This document shows positions 29,805-42,340 of a DNA stretch of 64,000 bases, in pieces. The position numbers were made by a program, and so were the translations under genes. This DNA comes from an uncultured Trueperaceae bacterium (GTDB taxonomy: Bacteria; Deinococcota; Deinococci; Deinococcales; Trueperaceae). Within the stretch, counting starts at the first letter, position 1. Every line of letters starts with the position of its first letter. A model generated the notes under the pieces. The model ran no database searches and was not told the DNA's origin. It saw nothing but the letters and a program-made list of their open reading frames with translations. The stretch lies in the NCBI GenBank assembly GCA_913057685.1, contig CAJXOA010000007.1:3123-67122 (forward strand), written 5' to 3'.

Positions 29805-31139
29805 TCAGTCGCCGCCGCGCGACGCGTCGCGCGCGCCGCCCGATCGTCCGCCGCGGCGGGTGCGGCCGCCGCGCCGTCCCCCCCGACGGTTGCGGGGGCC
29901 GCCCGAGGGGCGTCCGCCCTCGGCGTTCCCCCCGCTCGGGGCGCCGCTGCGTTGGGCGTGGCGTTCGCCGCCGCGCCCGCCCCGGCCGGACCCGCCGCCC
30001 TCGCGCGGGGGGCCGGGGACGCCGGGCGCGTCGAAGCCGTCGACGGTGACGCGATTCACGGCGCCCAAGCGCCGTTCGATGGCGCGGACCTGCTTGCCGT
30101 CCTCGCGGGTGATCAGGGTGAGGGCGTCGCCGCTGCGTTCGGCGCGACCGGTCCGGCCGATGCGGTGCGTGTACGCCTCGACGGTGTCGGGCACGTCGTA
30201 GTTCACGACGTGCGAGACGCGCGTGACGTCGATGCCGCGGGCGGCGATGTCGGTCGCGACGAGCACGTCGTAGCGGCCCGCCTTGAAGCCCTCGAGCGCC
30301 TTCTGGCGCTTGTTCTGCGACAGGTTCCCCTGCAGCGACGCGACGGCGTACCCGGCGCGGTCGAGCTGTTGCGCGAGGCGCTTGGCGCGGTGCTTCGTGC
30401 GGGTGAACACCAACGTCGAGCGCACCTCGCGGCGGTCGAGCAGGTGCTTCAGCAGGCGGGTCTTGTCGTCCGGCGCGACCGGGTAGAGCGCGTGCTCCAC
30501 CGTCTGCGCCGGCGCGCCGTGGGCGATCTCCACCGTCAGCGGGTCGTGCAGGACCTCTTCGGCGAGGTGCCGCAGTTCGCGCGGCATCGTCGCGCTGAAC
30601 AACAGCCGCTGGGCGTCGTTCGGCACCTGCCCGACGATCCGGCGGATGTCGGGCAGGAAGCCCATGTCGAACATGTGGTCCGCCTCGTCGAGGACGAGGA
30701 CCTCGACGCGACCGAGGCTGCCGACGCCGGAGCGCAGGTGGTCCAGGAGGCGTCCGGGGCAGGCGACGATGATCTCCGCGCCGCCGCGCAGGGCGCGCTC
30801 CTGCGGCTTCTTGCCGACGCCGCCGTACACCGTCGCGCTGCGCAGGCCGGTTCGGCGTCCGAGCCGCTGGATTTCGGCGTGGATCTGGTCCGCCAGCTCG
30901 CGGGTGGGGGCGACGACCAGCGCGCGGGTGTGGCCGCGCGGTCCGCCGACGAGGCGGTTCAACAGCGGCAGCGCGAACGCGGCGGTCTTGCCGGTCCCGG
31001 TCTGCGCCAGGCCGAGCACGTCCCGTCCGGCGAGGGCGTCGGTCAACGCCTTCGCTTGGATGGGGGTGGGCTTCTCGTAGCCGGCGTCGTCGACGCCGGC
31101 GCGCACGCGGGTGTCCAGGGGGTAGGGGTCGAAACTCAT
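29805..31139 (-). CDS. DEAD-box ATP-dependent RNA helicase (RhlE/CsdA-like) with an RGG-rich C-terminal tail
   Basis: Q motif GYEKPTPIQ, motif I AQTGTGKTAAF, motif II VLDEADHMFD, then SAT, ARGID and HRIGRTGR. The tail reads GGRGGERH...RRGGRRGGRTRRGGRSGG. Confidence 0.92.
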   Translation of the reverse strand: MSFDPYPLDTRVRAGVDDAGYEKPTPIQAKALTDALAGRDVLGLAQTGTGKTAAFALPLLNRLVGGPRGHTRALVVAPTRELADQIHAEIQRLGRRTGLRSATVYGGVGKKPQERALRGGAEIIVACPGRLLDHLRSGVGSLGRVEVLVLDEADHMFDMGFLPDIRRIVGQVPNDAQRLLFSATMPRELRHLAEEVLHDPLTVEIAHGAPAQTVEHALYPVAPDDKTRLLKHLLDRREVRSTLVFTRTKHRAKRLAQQLDRAGYAVASLQGNLSQNKRQKALEGFKAGRYDVLVATDIAARGIDVTRVSHVVNYDVPDTVEAYTHRIGRTGRAERSGDALTLITREDGKQVRAIERRLGAVNRVTVDGFDAPGVPGPPREGGGSGRGGRGGERHAQRSGAPSGGNAEGGRPSGGPRNRRGGRRGGRTRRGGRSGGARDASRGGD

Positions 31140-31216
31140 GGGGTCACGTGTCCTTGCCGCTCACCGCGCCAGGACGCGCCCTGCGTCGACCGGGAGCCGG
31201 GGCGCGCCGCGGGGCG

Positions 31217-31287
<71 letters not shown>

Positions 31288-31295
31288 CCGACACG

Positions 31296-31327
31296 GCGGT
31301 GCGCCCCGAACCTCCGGGGCGCACCGC
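31296..31327 (-). terminator. 12-bp GC-rich hairpin, 8-nt loop, 17 nt downstream of the csp stop; candidate csp terminator
   Basis: Arms 31296-31307 and 31316-31327 are reverse complements. No U-tract follows; on the minus strand it is followed instead by the C-tract. Confidence 0.45.
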
Positions 31328-31343
31328 GGTCGGACCGAAGCGA

Positions 31344-31568
31344 TCAGTACGCGCCGGGGGCCTTCTTCGTCACGCGGACGTTCTGCGCCTGCGGGCCCTT
31401 TTGGCCCTGCCCGACGTCGAACTCGACCTCGTCGCCCTCGTCGAGGCTCTTGAAGCCGTCGCCCTCGATCGCGCTGAAGTGCACGAAGACGTCGCCGTCG
31501 CCGTCGGCGGGGGAGATGAAGCCGTAGCCCTTGTCGTTGCTGAACCACTTCACGGTGCCGTTACTCAT
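31344..31568 (-). CDS. cold-shock protein (CspA family)
   Basis: 74 aa. [18 protein letters not shown] (RNP1) and DVFVHFS (RNP2). ATG at 31568 was verified. Confidence 0.95.
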   Translation of the reverse strand: MSNGTVKWFSNDKGYGFISPADGDGDVFVHFSAIEGDGFKSLDEGDEVEFDVGQGQKGPQAQNVRVTKKAPGAY

Positions 31569-31749
31569 GGTCGTTCCATTTCCGGCTCGCGCCCTCGGGC
31601 CGAGCCCATGCTGAAGTCCGGGTGCAACGCGCACCCGCCGTTCTGAAAAAACCGGGATGGGTCGTTCCGGAACGCTGTAGTGTAGCGCATCGCACGGTTC
31701 GGGGGGCGTTCCGCGCGACGCGGCCCGGCGCGCGGCCTCACCCGCCCCC

Positions 31750-32742
31750 TCACCCGCCCGACGGGTCGCCCCCACCCACCGTCGCCTCGAACGCCGCGCG
31801 GACGTCCAGCAACTCCGCCGTCACCTGCGCCTGGCGGGCGGCGCGGTAGCGGCGCTCCAGCGTCTCGAGGCGGCGCTCCACCCCCTTCTCCGCCGCCTCC
31901 ATCGCCGCCAGGCGGGCGGCGTTCTCCGCCGCCAACGACGTCGCGAACGCCCGCACGACCGCGGACGCCACCGTCTCGCGCACCAGCCCGCGCAGCACCT
32001 CCTCGGGGTCGCCCAGCAACACCGGATGGCGCCGCGACGGCCAGGTGCGGCCGCGCAAATCGCGCAACCACGAGCGGTCGAGCGGCAGCAGCTGCAGGGC
32101 GGTCGCCTCGAACGTCGTGCCGCCCGCCGGCCGACCGTGGACCAACACCAGGCGTTCGGCGCGCGCGTCGGCCCGCCACGCGTCGATGCGGTGCAGCAGC
32201 GCCGCCGCGGCGGCGTCGACGCCGCCCGGCCCCTGCGGCGCGGCGGTGGTGTCGGTGGGCGGCCAGCCGCGGCGCACCAGCTCGCGGTCCATCCGCCGCC
32301 CGATCGCCAGGATCGTCGGCGCCGCCTCCGGCGCGCTGCGGTCGGCCAGGAGGCCGGCGGCGTGGTCGGCGATGCGGCCGACGAACGGGCCCGACAGGCC
32401 GCGGTCCGCCCCGAACACCACGACCGCGAGGGGGCCCGGCGGGCCGGAGGCCGGCCCGCCGCTCGCCCTCCCCGGACCCTCCGCCCCATCCGCCCCCTCC
32501 GCTCCACCCGCCCCACCCACGCGGTCGCGTGGGCCGCCGAGGAGGGGACGCACGACCTCCGGGTGGCGGGCGATGAGCGCCTCGAACGCCAGCTCGAGGG
32601 TGCGGGTCGACGCCGTCAAGCCCTCGACCGCCTGCCGGTGGCGGTGCACCCGCACCGACGCCAACGTCTTCGTCGTCGCCACGACCTCGCCGAGGGTGCG
32701 GGTCGCCTCCAACCGCCGCCGGACGTCCCGCAGGCGGGTCAC
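31750..32742 (-). CDS. atpG: N-ATPase (atypical F-type) gamma subunit
   Basis: 330 aa. The N-terminus [30 protein letters not shown] and C-terminus [44 protein letters not shown] are gamma-like. GTGA overlap with the alpha stop. Last gene of the operon. Confidence 0.8.
   Translation of the reverse strand: MTRLRDVRRRLEATRTLGEVVATTKTLASVRVHRHRQAVEGLTASTRTLELAFEALIARHPEVVRPLLGGPRDRVGGAGGAEGADGAEGPGRASGGPASGPPGPLAVVVFGADRGLSGPFVGRIADHAAGLLADRSAPEAAPTILAIGRRMDRELVRRGWPPTDTTAAPQGPGGVDAAAAALLHRIDAWRADARAERLVLVHGRPAGGTTFEATALQLLPLDRSWLRDLRGRTWPSRRHPVLLGDPEEVLRGLVRETVASAVVRAFATSLAAENAARLAAMEAAEKGVERRLETLERRYRAARQAQVTAELLDVRAAFEATVGGGDPSGG
32481..32516. repeat. four tandem 9-nt units (CCGCCCCAT-like) within the gamma gene
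   Basis: Read directly from the sequence. On the minus strand they encode GAE/GAD-type tripeptide repeats within the Gly-rich insert [16 protein letters not shown]. Confidence 0.6.
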
Positions 32743-34349
32743 GACGCGCTCCCGTCGCCGCCCTGCGCCGCGCGGACCTCGTCCACCACCGTCGCGATCC
32801 ACGTGCGGGCCGCCTCGCGGTCGTCCTCCCTCAACGCCGCGCCGGAGCGGATGCGCTCGGCGAGGGCTTCGTGCCGCGTCCGCATCGCCTCCCGGATCGC
32901 CGCCTGGGCGGCGTCCAGGGCCGCCGCCTCGACGTCGTCCAGCAGCCCCTCCGCCGCGGCGAACGTCGTCGCCCACTGTTCGCCCTCGTCGACCGTCTCC
33001 AGCGCGTCCTGCGTCAGGACCGCCCGCACCCGGCGGCCGCGACGGAGCGTCGCTTCGGTGTCCGCATCGAGGTCCGCTCCGAAGCGGGCGAACCGCTCGA
33101 GCTCCTCGAACTGCGCGACGTCGAGGCGGAGGCGTTCGGCGACCGAGCGCAGGGCGGGGCTCTGGGCGCGCCCCCCGACGCGGGAGACGCTGCGCCCGAC
33201 GTCGATCGCCGGCATCGCGCCGCGCGCGGCGAGGTCGGCGTCGAGGAGGACCTGCCCGTCGGTGATCGAGATCAGGTTCGTCGGGACGTACGAGGCGAGG
33301 TCCTGCTCCACCGTCTCCAGGATCGGCAGCGCCGTCACCGAGCCGCCGCCCGCCTCGGCCCGGCGGCGGGTCGCGCGCTCGAGGAGGCGCGCGTGGAGGT
33401 GGAAGACGTCCCCCGGGTACGCCTCGCGTCCGGGCGGACGCCGCAGCAGCAGCGCCACCTCGCGGTGGCTGCGGGCGTGCTGCGTGACGTCGTCGATCAC
33501 CAGCAGCGCGTCCTGGCCTTGCTCCATCCAGGCCTCCGCGATGCTCATGGCGGCGAACGGCGCGCGGACCCGGAGGCCCGGCGGGTCGTCGCCGGCGGCG
33601 ACGACGACGGTGGTGTGCGCCAGCGCGCCGGTGCGCCGCAGCGTCGCGACGAGCGACGCGTTCGCGGGGCCGCGCCGCCCGACGCTGCACCACACGCACG
33701 GCACGTCGCGGCCGCGCTGCGCCAGGACCGCCGCCAGCGCGAGGCTGGTCTTGCCGGTCTGGCGGTCGCCGAGGATCAGTTCGCGCTGCCCCCGACCGAT
33801 CGGTACGAGCGCATCGACCGCCTTGACGCCGGTATGGAGGGGCGCGTCGACCGGCGCCCGGTCGCGGATCGGGGTGGCGGGCCGCTCCAGCGGCCGCCGC
33901 TCCCGCGCGCGGGGGGCGGGCCGCGCGTCGCGGGGCGTCCCGAGCGGGTCGACGACCCGCCCGAGGAGCGCCTCCCCGACCGGTGTCGTCAGCGCCTCCC
34001 CGGTGCGGTGCGCCCGCAGGTCGGCGGCGACGCGCGCCGCGCCGTGCAGCAGCACCACCGCGACGGCGTCCTCGGTGAGGTCCTCGACGCGCCCCCAGGC
34101 CGGCGCGTCGGCGCGGCCGGGCGGCGGGTCGATCGCGACCCGTTCGCCGGGGAAGGCGCCCGGCAACCCCCGAATCCAGGCGATCCCCCCGGACGCGTGC
34201 AGGACGCGCCCCACTTCGCTGCGGGTGGGCGCCGCCCAGCGGCGGCCGGTCGCCCGCCGTCCGGCCGCGAGGTCGCGGAGGACCTGCGCGGCGGGGTCGC
34301 GGTCGAGGGGGGTGGGCCCGCCGCCCGGGCGTGCGCCGCGCTCAGCCAC
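32739..34349 (-). CDS. atpA: N-ATPase alpha subunit
   Basis: Walker A GDRQTGKTSLA, plus LLVIDDVTQHARSHREVALLLRRPPGREAYPGDVFHLHARLLER and TALPILETVEQDLASYVPTNLISITDGQ. Confidence 0.9.
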   Translation of the reverse strand: MAERGARPGGGPTPLDRDPAAQVLRDLAAGRRATGRRWAAPTRSEVGRVLHASGGIAWIRGLPGAFPGERVAIDPPPGRADAPAWGRVEDLTEDAVAVVLLHGAARVAADLRAHRTGEALTTPVGEALLGRVVDPLGTPRDARPAPRARERRPLERPATPIRDRAPVDAPLHTGVKAVDALVPIGRGQRELILGDRQTGKTSLALAAVLAQRGRDVPCVWCSVGRRGPANASLVATLRRTGALAHTTVVVAAGDDPPGLRVRAPFAAMSIAEAWMEQGQDALLVIDDVTQHARSHREVALLLRRPPGREAYPGDVFHLHARLLERATRRRAEAGGGSVTALPILETVEQDLASYVPTNLISITDGQVLLDADLAARGAMPAIDVGRSVSRVGGRAQSPALRSVAERLRLDVAQFEELERFARFGADLDADTEATLRRGRRVRAVLTQDALETVDEGEQWATTFAAAEGLLDDVEAAALDAAQAAIREAMRTRHEALAERIRSGAALREDDREAARTWIATVVDEVRAAQGGDGSAS

Positions 34350-35172
34350 CGTCCGCCCCCTCCGGAGGGTCCTCCGCCCGCCCCTCGTCCGCCGCGTCCT
34401 CCTGCTGGGCGACGTCGTCGTGCGCCTGCCGCGCCGCCTCGCGGAACGCCGCCTCGAAGGCGTCGGCGCGGTCGGCGGCGGACCAGCCGTACCGGACGCC
34501 GCCCGCGTCCACCACCGCCCCGAACCCGAGGTCGCCGTCGACCTCGAAGGGCGGGTCGACCGACCGGCCGGCCACCGTCCGCAGCGCCTCCCGGAGGCGG
34601 TCCCGGACCGCGTCGGGGAGGGCGGTGGCGGTCGCGACGCGCAGGTCGCCCGCCTCCGCCGCCTCCCGGAGGGGCGTCCGGTCGTCGTCGCCCAACGCGG
34701 AAAGCCGCTCCGCCAGGACGTCGGCCGCGCGGGCGTCGAGGTCGGCGTCGGCGAGGTCGTCGAGCGCCGTGCGGAGCTCCTCGCCGAGCGCGGCGGCGGC
34801 CTGGCTGCGGACGTCCGCGACGGCGACGTCCAGGTCGTGCGCGAGGGCGTCGGCGTGGGCGGCGCGGGTCCGCTCCGCCTCCGCCTCGATCGCTTCGAGG
34901 CGCGCCTCGCGGCGCGCGTCCAGGTCCGCGTCGAGGTCGCGTTCGCGGGCCTCGCGTTCCTCGCGCCAGGCGGCGTGGGCGGCCTCGAGGTCGGCGCGTT
35001 CGCGCTCGGCGTCGCGGCGCGCGTCCTCCGCCGCGGCGCGCTCCCGCGCGAGCGCTTCGCGGCGCTCGCGCATGGCGTTCAGGACCGGCCGGTACAGCGT
35101 GAGCCGCAACACCGCGAGCAACGCCGCGAAGTTGACGACCTGCGCGAGGACCGTGACCGGATCGAACGTCAC
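34342..35172 (-). CDS. atpF: N-ATPase b subunit (long, 276 aa; no separate delta gene follows)
   Basis: A single N-terminal TM helix (VLAQVVNFAALLAVLRLTLY), a long charged helix, and an extra C-terminal domain. GTGA overlap with the c stop, and an 8-nt overlap with the alpha start. Confidence 0.75.
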   Translation of the reverse strand: MTFDPVTVLAQVVNFAALLAVLRLTLYRPVLNAMRERREALARERAAAEDARRDAERERADLEAAHAAWREEREARERDLDADLDARREARLEAIEAEAERTRAAHADALAHDLDVAVADVRSQAAAALGEELRTALDDLADADLDARAADVLAERLSALGDDDRTPLREAAEAGDLRVATATALPDAVRDRLREALRTVAGRSVDPPFEVDGDLGFGAVVDAGGVRYGWSAADRADAFEAAFREAARQAHDDVAQQEDAADEGRAEDPPEGADGG

Positions 35173-35444
35173 CCGGCGGCACCCCCGCTCGCGGTCCAGA
35201 ACGGGTTCGCGAAGATCAGGATCAACGCGATCACGAAGCAGTAGATGGCGGTCGACTCGACCATCGCCAACCCCACGAACAGCGTGCGGGTCAGGGCGTT
35301 CGTTTCGTCGGGCTGCTGCGCGATGCTGGCCAGCGCCTGCGAGAGGGCGCGCGCCTGCCCGAGGGCCGGGCCGAGCGAACCGATCGCCATCGTCAGGCCG
35401 GCGATCAGGATGGAGGCGGTGGCGACGAGGGTGGCGTCGGTCAT
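35169..35444 (-). CDS. atpE: N-ATPase c subunit (proteolipid) carrying the full Na+-ligand signature
   Basis: 91 aa. LGPALGQARA ... VGLAMVESTAIYCFVIALILIFANPF. Q30, E63, S64, T65 and Y68 line up with the Ilyobacter tartaricus Na+-site residues. ATGA overlap with the a stop. Confidence 0.88.
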   Translation of the reverse strand: MTDATLVATASILIAGLTMAIGSLGPALGQARALSQALASIAQQPDETNALTRTLFVGLAMVESTAIYCFVIALILIFANPFWTASGGAAG

Positions 35445-36133
35445 GCGGAGGCTCCCTTCTCCTCGCGTTCGCCCTGGACGCGCGTGCCGGACGCGATGTA
35501 GACGATGGCGAGGATGGCGAAGATGTAGGCGTGGATGGCGCCGACCAGCAGGCTGAACGCCTGCAGGACGGCGGGGAAGAACAACGGCGCGACGCCCAAC
35601 AGGATCGCGGCGATGACGGTGCCGCTCATGACGTTCCCGAACAGGCGGACGGCGAGCGCGAGGGTGCGCGAGAGCTCCCCGATGACCTTGAACGGCAGCA
35701 TCAGCGGCGTCGGTCGGAGGTACGTCCGGAGGTACCCGAGCGGCCCGAGGCGCGCGATCCCGAACCCCGGCACCGCGAAGAACACGCACAGCGCGAGGGC
35801 GGCGGTCGTCGACAGCGACCCGGTCGGCGGCTCGAAGCCGGGGACGACCGCCAGCAGGTTGCTGGCGAGGATGAACGTGAACAGCGTCCCGACGAACGGG
35901 AGGTACGGCTCGGGATCCTGTTCGGTGACGTCGCGAATCTGCTCCAGGACGAAGCCGACGAGCGCCTCGACGGCGGTCGCGACGAGCGGCGGTCGGTCGC
36001 GCCGCAGCCCCCGCGTCGCCGCCCACGAGCCGGCGGCGAGGAGGGCCATCACGACCCACGTGAAGACGATCGTCGCGTTCACGCTCACGCCGAACGCGCG
36101 GAAGGCGACGATCGTATCGGGCGTCAGGGTCAC
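35441..36133 (-). CDS. atpB: N-ATPase a subunit
   Basis: 230 aa, 5-6 TM. It carries the conserved stator Arg in LALAVRLFGNVMSG. GTGA overlap with the AtpR stop. Confidence 0.85.
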   Translation of the reverse strand: MTLTPDTIVAFRAFGVSVNATIVFTWVVMALLAAGSWAATRGLRRDRPPLVATAVEALVGFVLEQIRDVTEQDPEPYLPFVGTLFTFILASNLLAVVPGFEPPTGSLSTTAALALCVFFAVPGFGIARLGPLGYLRTYLRPTPLMLPFKVIGELSRTLALAVRLFGNVMSGTVIAAILLGVAPLFFPAVLQAFSLLVGAIHAYIFAILAIVYIASGTRVQGEREEKGASA

Positions 36134-36462
36134 GGGCGCACCTCCTCGGGTGGGGCGTCGTCGGGCGGTGGCGGGGACGCCGCCGCGATGGTGGGGGGCG
36201 CCGCGACGCGGACGGCGGCGGCGCGCCCCACGAGGAAGCCGGGGAGCGCCCCGGCGAGGGCGAGGGGCGCGAGCGCCGCCAGGCCGGTGAACGCCGCGGC
36301 GATCGTGAGGACGCGCAGCAGCGACCCGGCGACCAGCGGCCCGCGGCGGGGCGGGCCGGCGCCCGGTCGCGGGAGGCTCACGTGCAGCCAGGCGACGAAC
36401 GCGGCGCCCAACGCCGCGCCCGCCGCGAGGCCGGCGAGGAGGGCGAGGGCCACGTCAGTCAC
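36130..36462 (-). CDS. atpR: N-ATPase accessory membrane protein AtpR
   Basis: 110 aa, two to three hydrophobic helices with a membrane-embedded Arg (SLLRVLTIAA). It sits immediately upstream of the a subunit, as in N-ATPase operons. Confidence 0.65.
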   Translation of the reverse strand: MTDVALALLAGLAAGAALGAAFVAWLHVSLPRPGAGPPRRGPLVAGSLLRVLTIAAAFTGLAALAPLALAGALPGFLVGRAAAVRVAAPPTIAAASPPPPDDAPPEEVRP

Positions 36463-36807
36463 GGTCCACCTCCCGGCGCACCCAGTAGGCGGCGTTGACG
36501 CAGCCGACGACGACGCCGGCGATCAGCAGCGTCAGGGTCCAGGAGCGGTCCGACGCGGTCCGCGCGTCGATCCACCCGCCGAGCATCACGCCCACCAGGG
36601 TCGGGACGGCGACCGACCAGCCGACGATCCCGAACGTCCCCAGCGCCCCCGCGACGCCCCGTCGGCCCTCGGCGCGGTCGCGTTCCTTGCGGCGTTGCCG
36701 GCGCGTCACCGCCTCCAGCATCGGGTCGTCGCGCCCGGCGTCGCTCCGGTCGTCCCGCCGGCCGTCGAACCGGTCGTCCCGCCGATCGTCGGGAGGGTGC
36801 GCGGCGG

Positions 36808-36811
<4 letters not shown>
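36455..36811 (-). CDS. atpQ: N-ATPase accessory protein AtpQ (AtpZ/AtpI-like)
   Basis: C-terminal pattern GTFGIVGWSVAVPTLVGVMLGGWID...WTLTLLIAGVVVGCVNAYW. The GTG at 36811 gives a GTGA overlap with the epsilon stop; ATG at 36721 is an alternative start. Confidence 0.65.
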
Positions 36812-39724
<2,913 letters not shown>

Positions 39725-39748
39725 GCCCACCCGACCCGCCCCCGCACC

Positions 39749-39791
39749 CGCCGCCGCCCCGCGCACGCCTCCGCTGCGCGGGGCGGCGGCG
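39749..39791 (+). terminator. 17-bp perfect GC-rich stem with a 9-nt loop after the SDR gene
   Basis: Arms 39749-39765 (CGCCGCCGCCCCGCGCA) and 39775-39791 are exact reverse complements. No T-tract follows. It ends 17 nt before the next gene's GTG. Confidence 0.45.
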
Positions 39792-39807
39792 TGGGTACCC
39801 TGCCCCC

Positions 39808-40569
39808 GTGCACGACGCGCCGCTCTCGCTACACCCGACGCTGCCCGCCACCGTCCCGCTCGTCGGCGTCGACGGCTGTCGCGGCGGCTGGGTCGCCGCC
39901 CACCTGCCGGCGGGCGGCGACGTCGGTGACGTCCGCGGGCGCGTGGCGCCCGACGTCGCGACGCTCCTGGCGGCCCTCCCCGCCGACGCGGAGGTCGCGA
40001 TCGACGTGCCGATCGGCCTCCCCGACGCCGGACCGCGCGCCTGCGACGCCGCGGCGCGGCGCGCCCTCGGCGCCCGCCGCGCCTCGGTGTTCGCCGCCCC
40101 CGTCCGAAGCGTCCTCGCCGCCGAGACCTACCCGGACGCGCTGGCGCGGCACCGGGCGGCGGACGGGCGCGGTCTCGCCAAGCAGGCGTACTTCCTGCTC
40201 CCGAAGATCCGCGAGGTCGACGCCCTCCTCGCCGCCACCCCCGCGCTCGAGGGGCGGGTGAAGGAGACCCACCCCGAGCTGGCGTTCGCGACGCTGGCCG
40301 GCGCGCCGCTGGCCCACGGCAAACGCACGCCGGAGGGGCGGAGCACCCGCGACGCGCTCCTCGAGGCGCACCTGCCCGGCGCCCTCGCCCGCGTCCGCGA
40401 CGACCTGGCGGGCGCCTCCGGCGTCGCGCCGGACGACGTCCTCGACGCCGTCGCGCTGCTGCTCGCCGTCGCCCGCCGCGCCGCGGGCCGCGACCGGGTG
40501 CTGCCCGCGCGGGCGGCGGACGGCGCCCCGCGCGACGCGGTCGGCCGAGCGATGGAGATCCACGGGTGA
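39808..40569 (+). CDS. DUF429-domain protein (predicted RNase-H-like fold)
   Basis: The pattern VGVDGCRGGWV...IDVPIGLP...R.CD..AR...G.R.SSVF..P matches my recollection of DUF429. GTG start. Confidence 0.6.
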   Translation: MHDAPLSLHPTLPATVPLVGVDGCRGGWVAAHLPAGGDVGDVRGRVAPDVATLLAALPADAEVAIDVPIGLPDAGPRACDAAARRALGARRASVFAAPVRSVLAAETYPDALARHRAADGRGLAKQAYFLLPKIREVDALLAATPALEGRVKETHPELAFATLAGAPLAHGKRTPEGRSTRDALLEAHLPGALARVRDDLAGASGVAPDDVLDAVALLLAVARRAAGRDRVLPARAADGAPRDAVGRAMEIHG

Positions 40570-41819
40570 GCGCCGCCCCGCCCGCGACGACGCCCGCCGC
40601 CCTCGCCCGCGCCGTGAAGCGGCGGGTATGGCCCGCCTCGTGGCCGCTGCGGCTGCGGTCCGCCCCCGGCCTCGAGGACGTCGTCGCCGCGGAGGTGCGC
40701 CGCGCCGCCGACCGCGCCGCGGCGGACCTCGACGTCGCGGCCCTGCGGCAGGGCGACGGCCTGCACGTCACGTCCGGCTCCGTGGCGTTCACGGCCCCGT
40801 TCGACCTGACGTACGCCCTCCTCGCCGAGGTCCGCACCGCCGACGTCCTGTCGGTCCGGGTCGGCGAGCACGCCGCCGCGACGACCGCGATGGCGTACGA
40901 CCACCTCGCGCGCATCCCCTGGGCTTGGTGGCTGCCGGCGCGCGGTCCGGTGCGGTGCGCCGTCCGCAGCCGCCGGTCGCACCTGCGCGACGCGGCCGGC
41001 CTGGAGCGCACCCTGCGCCGCGCCGTGCGGGGGGCCGGCGTCGCGGCGGAGGTGCCGCGCGACGACCGCGGGGCGGGCGGCGCGGAGGACGTCCCGACCG
41101 TCCGCCTCGAGCTGCACCGCGACCGGGCGGCGGTCTGGGTCGACGTCGCGCACGGCCTGCACCGGCGCGGGGCGGGCAAACGCAGCACCGCGACGACGCT
41201 GCGCGAGACGACCGCCGCGGCGCTCGCGCACCTCGCGGGCGCGGCCGACGCCGACCTGATCATCGATCCCTTCTGCGGATCCGGGACGCTCCTGCAGGAG
41301 GCGAGCGCGATCGCGACGCAGCGGCCGGTGGCGGCCGGGCGTCCCGTGGCGCTGCGCACCGCGCCGGTCTGGAACGAGGGACGGCTCCGGCACGCCCTCC
41401 GCCGCTTCGAGGTCGCGCCCGCCGCCCCGGCGCTCGTGGGGCGCGACGTCGACGCCGCCGCCGCCGACGTCGCCGCGGCGGCGCTCGGTGAGGGGGCGGA
41501 CGTCGCGGTGGGCGACGCGCGGACGCTGGATTTCGCCGCGCTCGCCGCGGCGCACGGCGCCCGCCGGCCGCTGCTGCTCGCCAACCCGCCCTACGGGCGC
41601 CGCGCCGCGGCGCGCGGCGGCGCGCCGGACGCGGTTCTGGGCGCCGTCCTGGACGCCCTCGCGCAGGCCGGGGCGGCGGGGCCGGCGTGGCGGTGGGGGC
41701 TGCTCTACCCGCGCCCGGCGGTGTGGGCGGAGCGGCCCGGCGTCGGCGAGGAGGCGGTGCGGCGGATCCGCATTCGCGGCCTGTCGGTGGCGCTCGCGAC
41801 CGGCCGGACGAACGGGTAG
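40566..41819 (+). CDS. THUMP-domain class I SAM-dependent RNA methyltransferase (RlmL/Trm14-like)
   Basis: The N-terminal THUMP-like half is followed by DPFCGSGTLLQEA (motif I) and LLLANPPYGRR (motif IV, NPPY). GTGA overlap with the DUF429 stop. Confidence 0.7.
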   Translation: MSAAPPATTPAALARAVKRRVWPASWPLRLRSAPGLEDVVAAEVRRAADRAAADLDVAALRQGDGLHVTSGSVAFTAPFDLTYALLAEVRTADVLSVRVGEHAAATTAMAYDHLARIPWAWWLPARGPVRCAVRSRRSHLRDAAGLERTLRRAVRGAGVAAEVPRDDRGAGGAEDVPTVRLELHRDRAAVWVDVAHGLHRRGAGKRSTATTLRETTAAALAHLAGAADADLIIDPFCGSGTLLQEASAIATQRPVAAGRPVALRTAPVWNEGRLRHALRRFEVAPAAPALVGRDVDAAAADVAAAALGEGADVAVGDARTLDFAALAAAHGARRPLLLANPPYGRRAAARGGAPDAVLGAVLDALAQAGAAGPAWRWGLLYPRPAVWAERPGVGEEAVRRIRIRGLSVALATGRTNG

Positions 41820-41842
41820 CATGCCGCCGCGGAGGTGCGGGC

Positions 41843-42331
41843 ATGACGAGCGAACGCGGTGCGGACGTGGACTACGCGGCCCTGACGAAGGCCGTCGAGG
41901 CGTTGTGGGCGGGGGAGCCCGACCCGCTGGCGAACCTCGCGAACCTGAGCGCGGCGGTCATGGACGCGCACCCGGCCCTCAACTGGGCGGGCGTCTACCT
42001 GCGGCGCGGCGACGAGCTGGTGTTGGGCCCGTTCCAGGGGAAACCGGCGTGCGTGCGGATCGGCTACGGGCGCGGCGTCTGCGGGACCGCCTGGGCGGAG
42101 GACGCCACCCAGGTCGTCGCCGACGTCCACGCCTTCCCCGGGCACATCGCCTGCGACCCGGCGTCGCGCTCCGAGATCGTCGTGCCGATGCGCGACGGCG
42201 CCGGCGCCCTGCGCGCGGTGTTGGACCTCGACAGCGACCGGCCGGCGACGTTCAGTGACGAAGATCGCGTCGGTCTCGAGGCGCTCGTCGCGACGCTCGG
42301 CCCGACCCTCGATTGGGACGCGCTCGCCTGA
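41843..42331 (+). CDS. GAF-domain protein, free methionine-(R)-sulfoxide reductase-like
   Basis: Motifs LNWAGVYL, LVLGPFQGKPACVRI, GVCGTA, FPGHIACD and SEIVVP..LDLDS. GGAGG lies 8 nt upstream. Confidence 0.8.
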   Translation: MTSERGADVDYAALTKAVEALWAGEPDPLANLANLSAAVMDAHPALNWAGVYLRRGDELVLGPFQGKPACVRIGYGRGVCGTAWAEDATQVVADVHAFPGHIACDPASRSEIVVPMRDGAGALRAVLDLDSDRPATFSDEDRVGLEALVATLGPTLDWDALA

Positions 42332-42340
42332 CGCCGGCGC

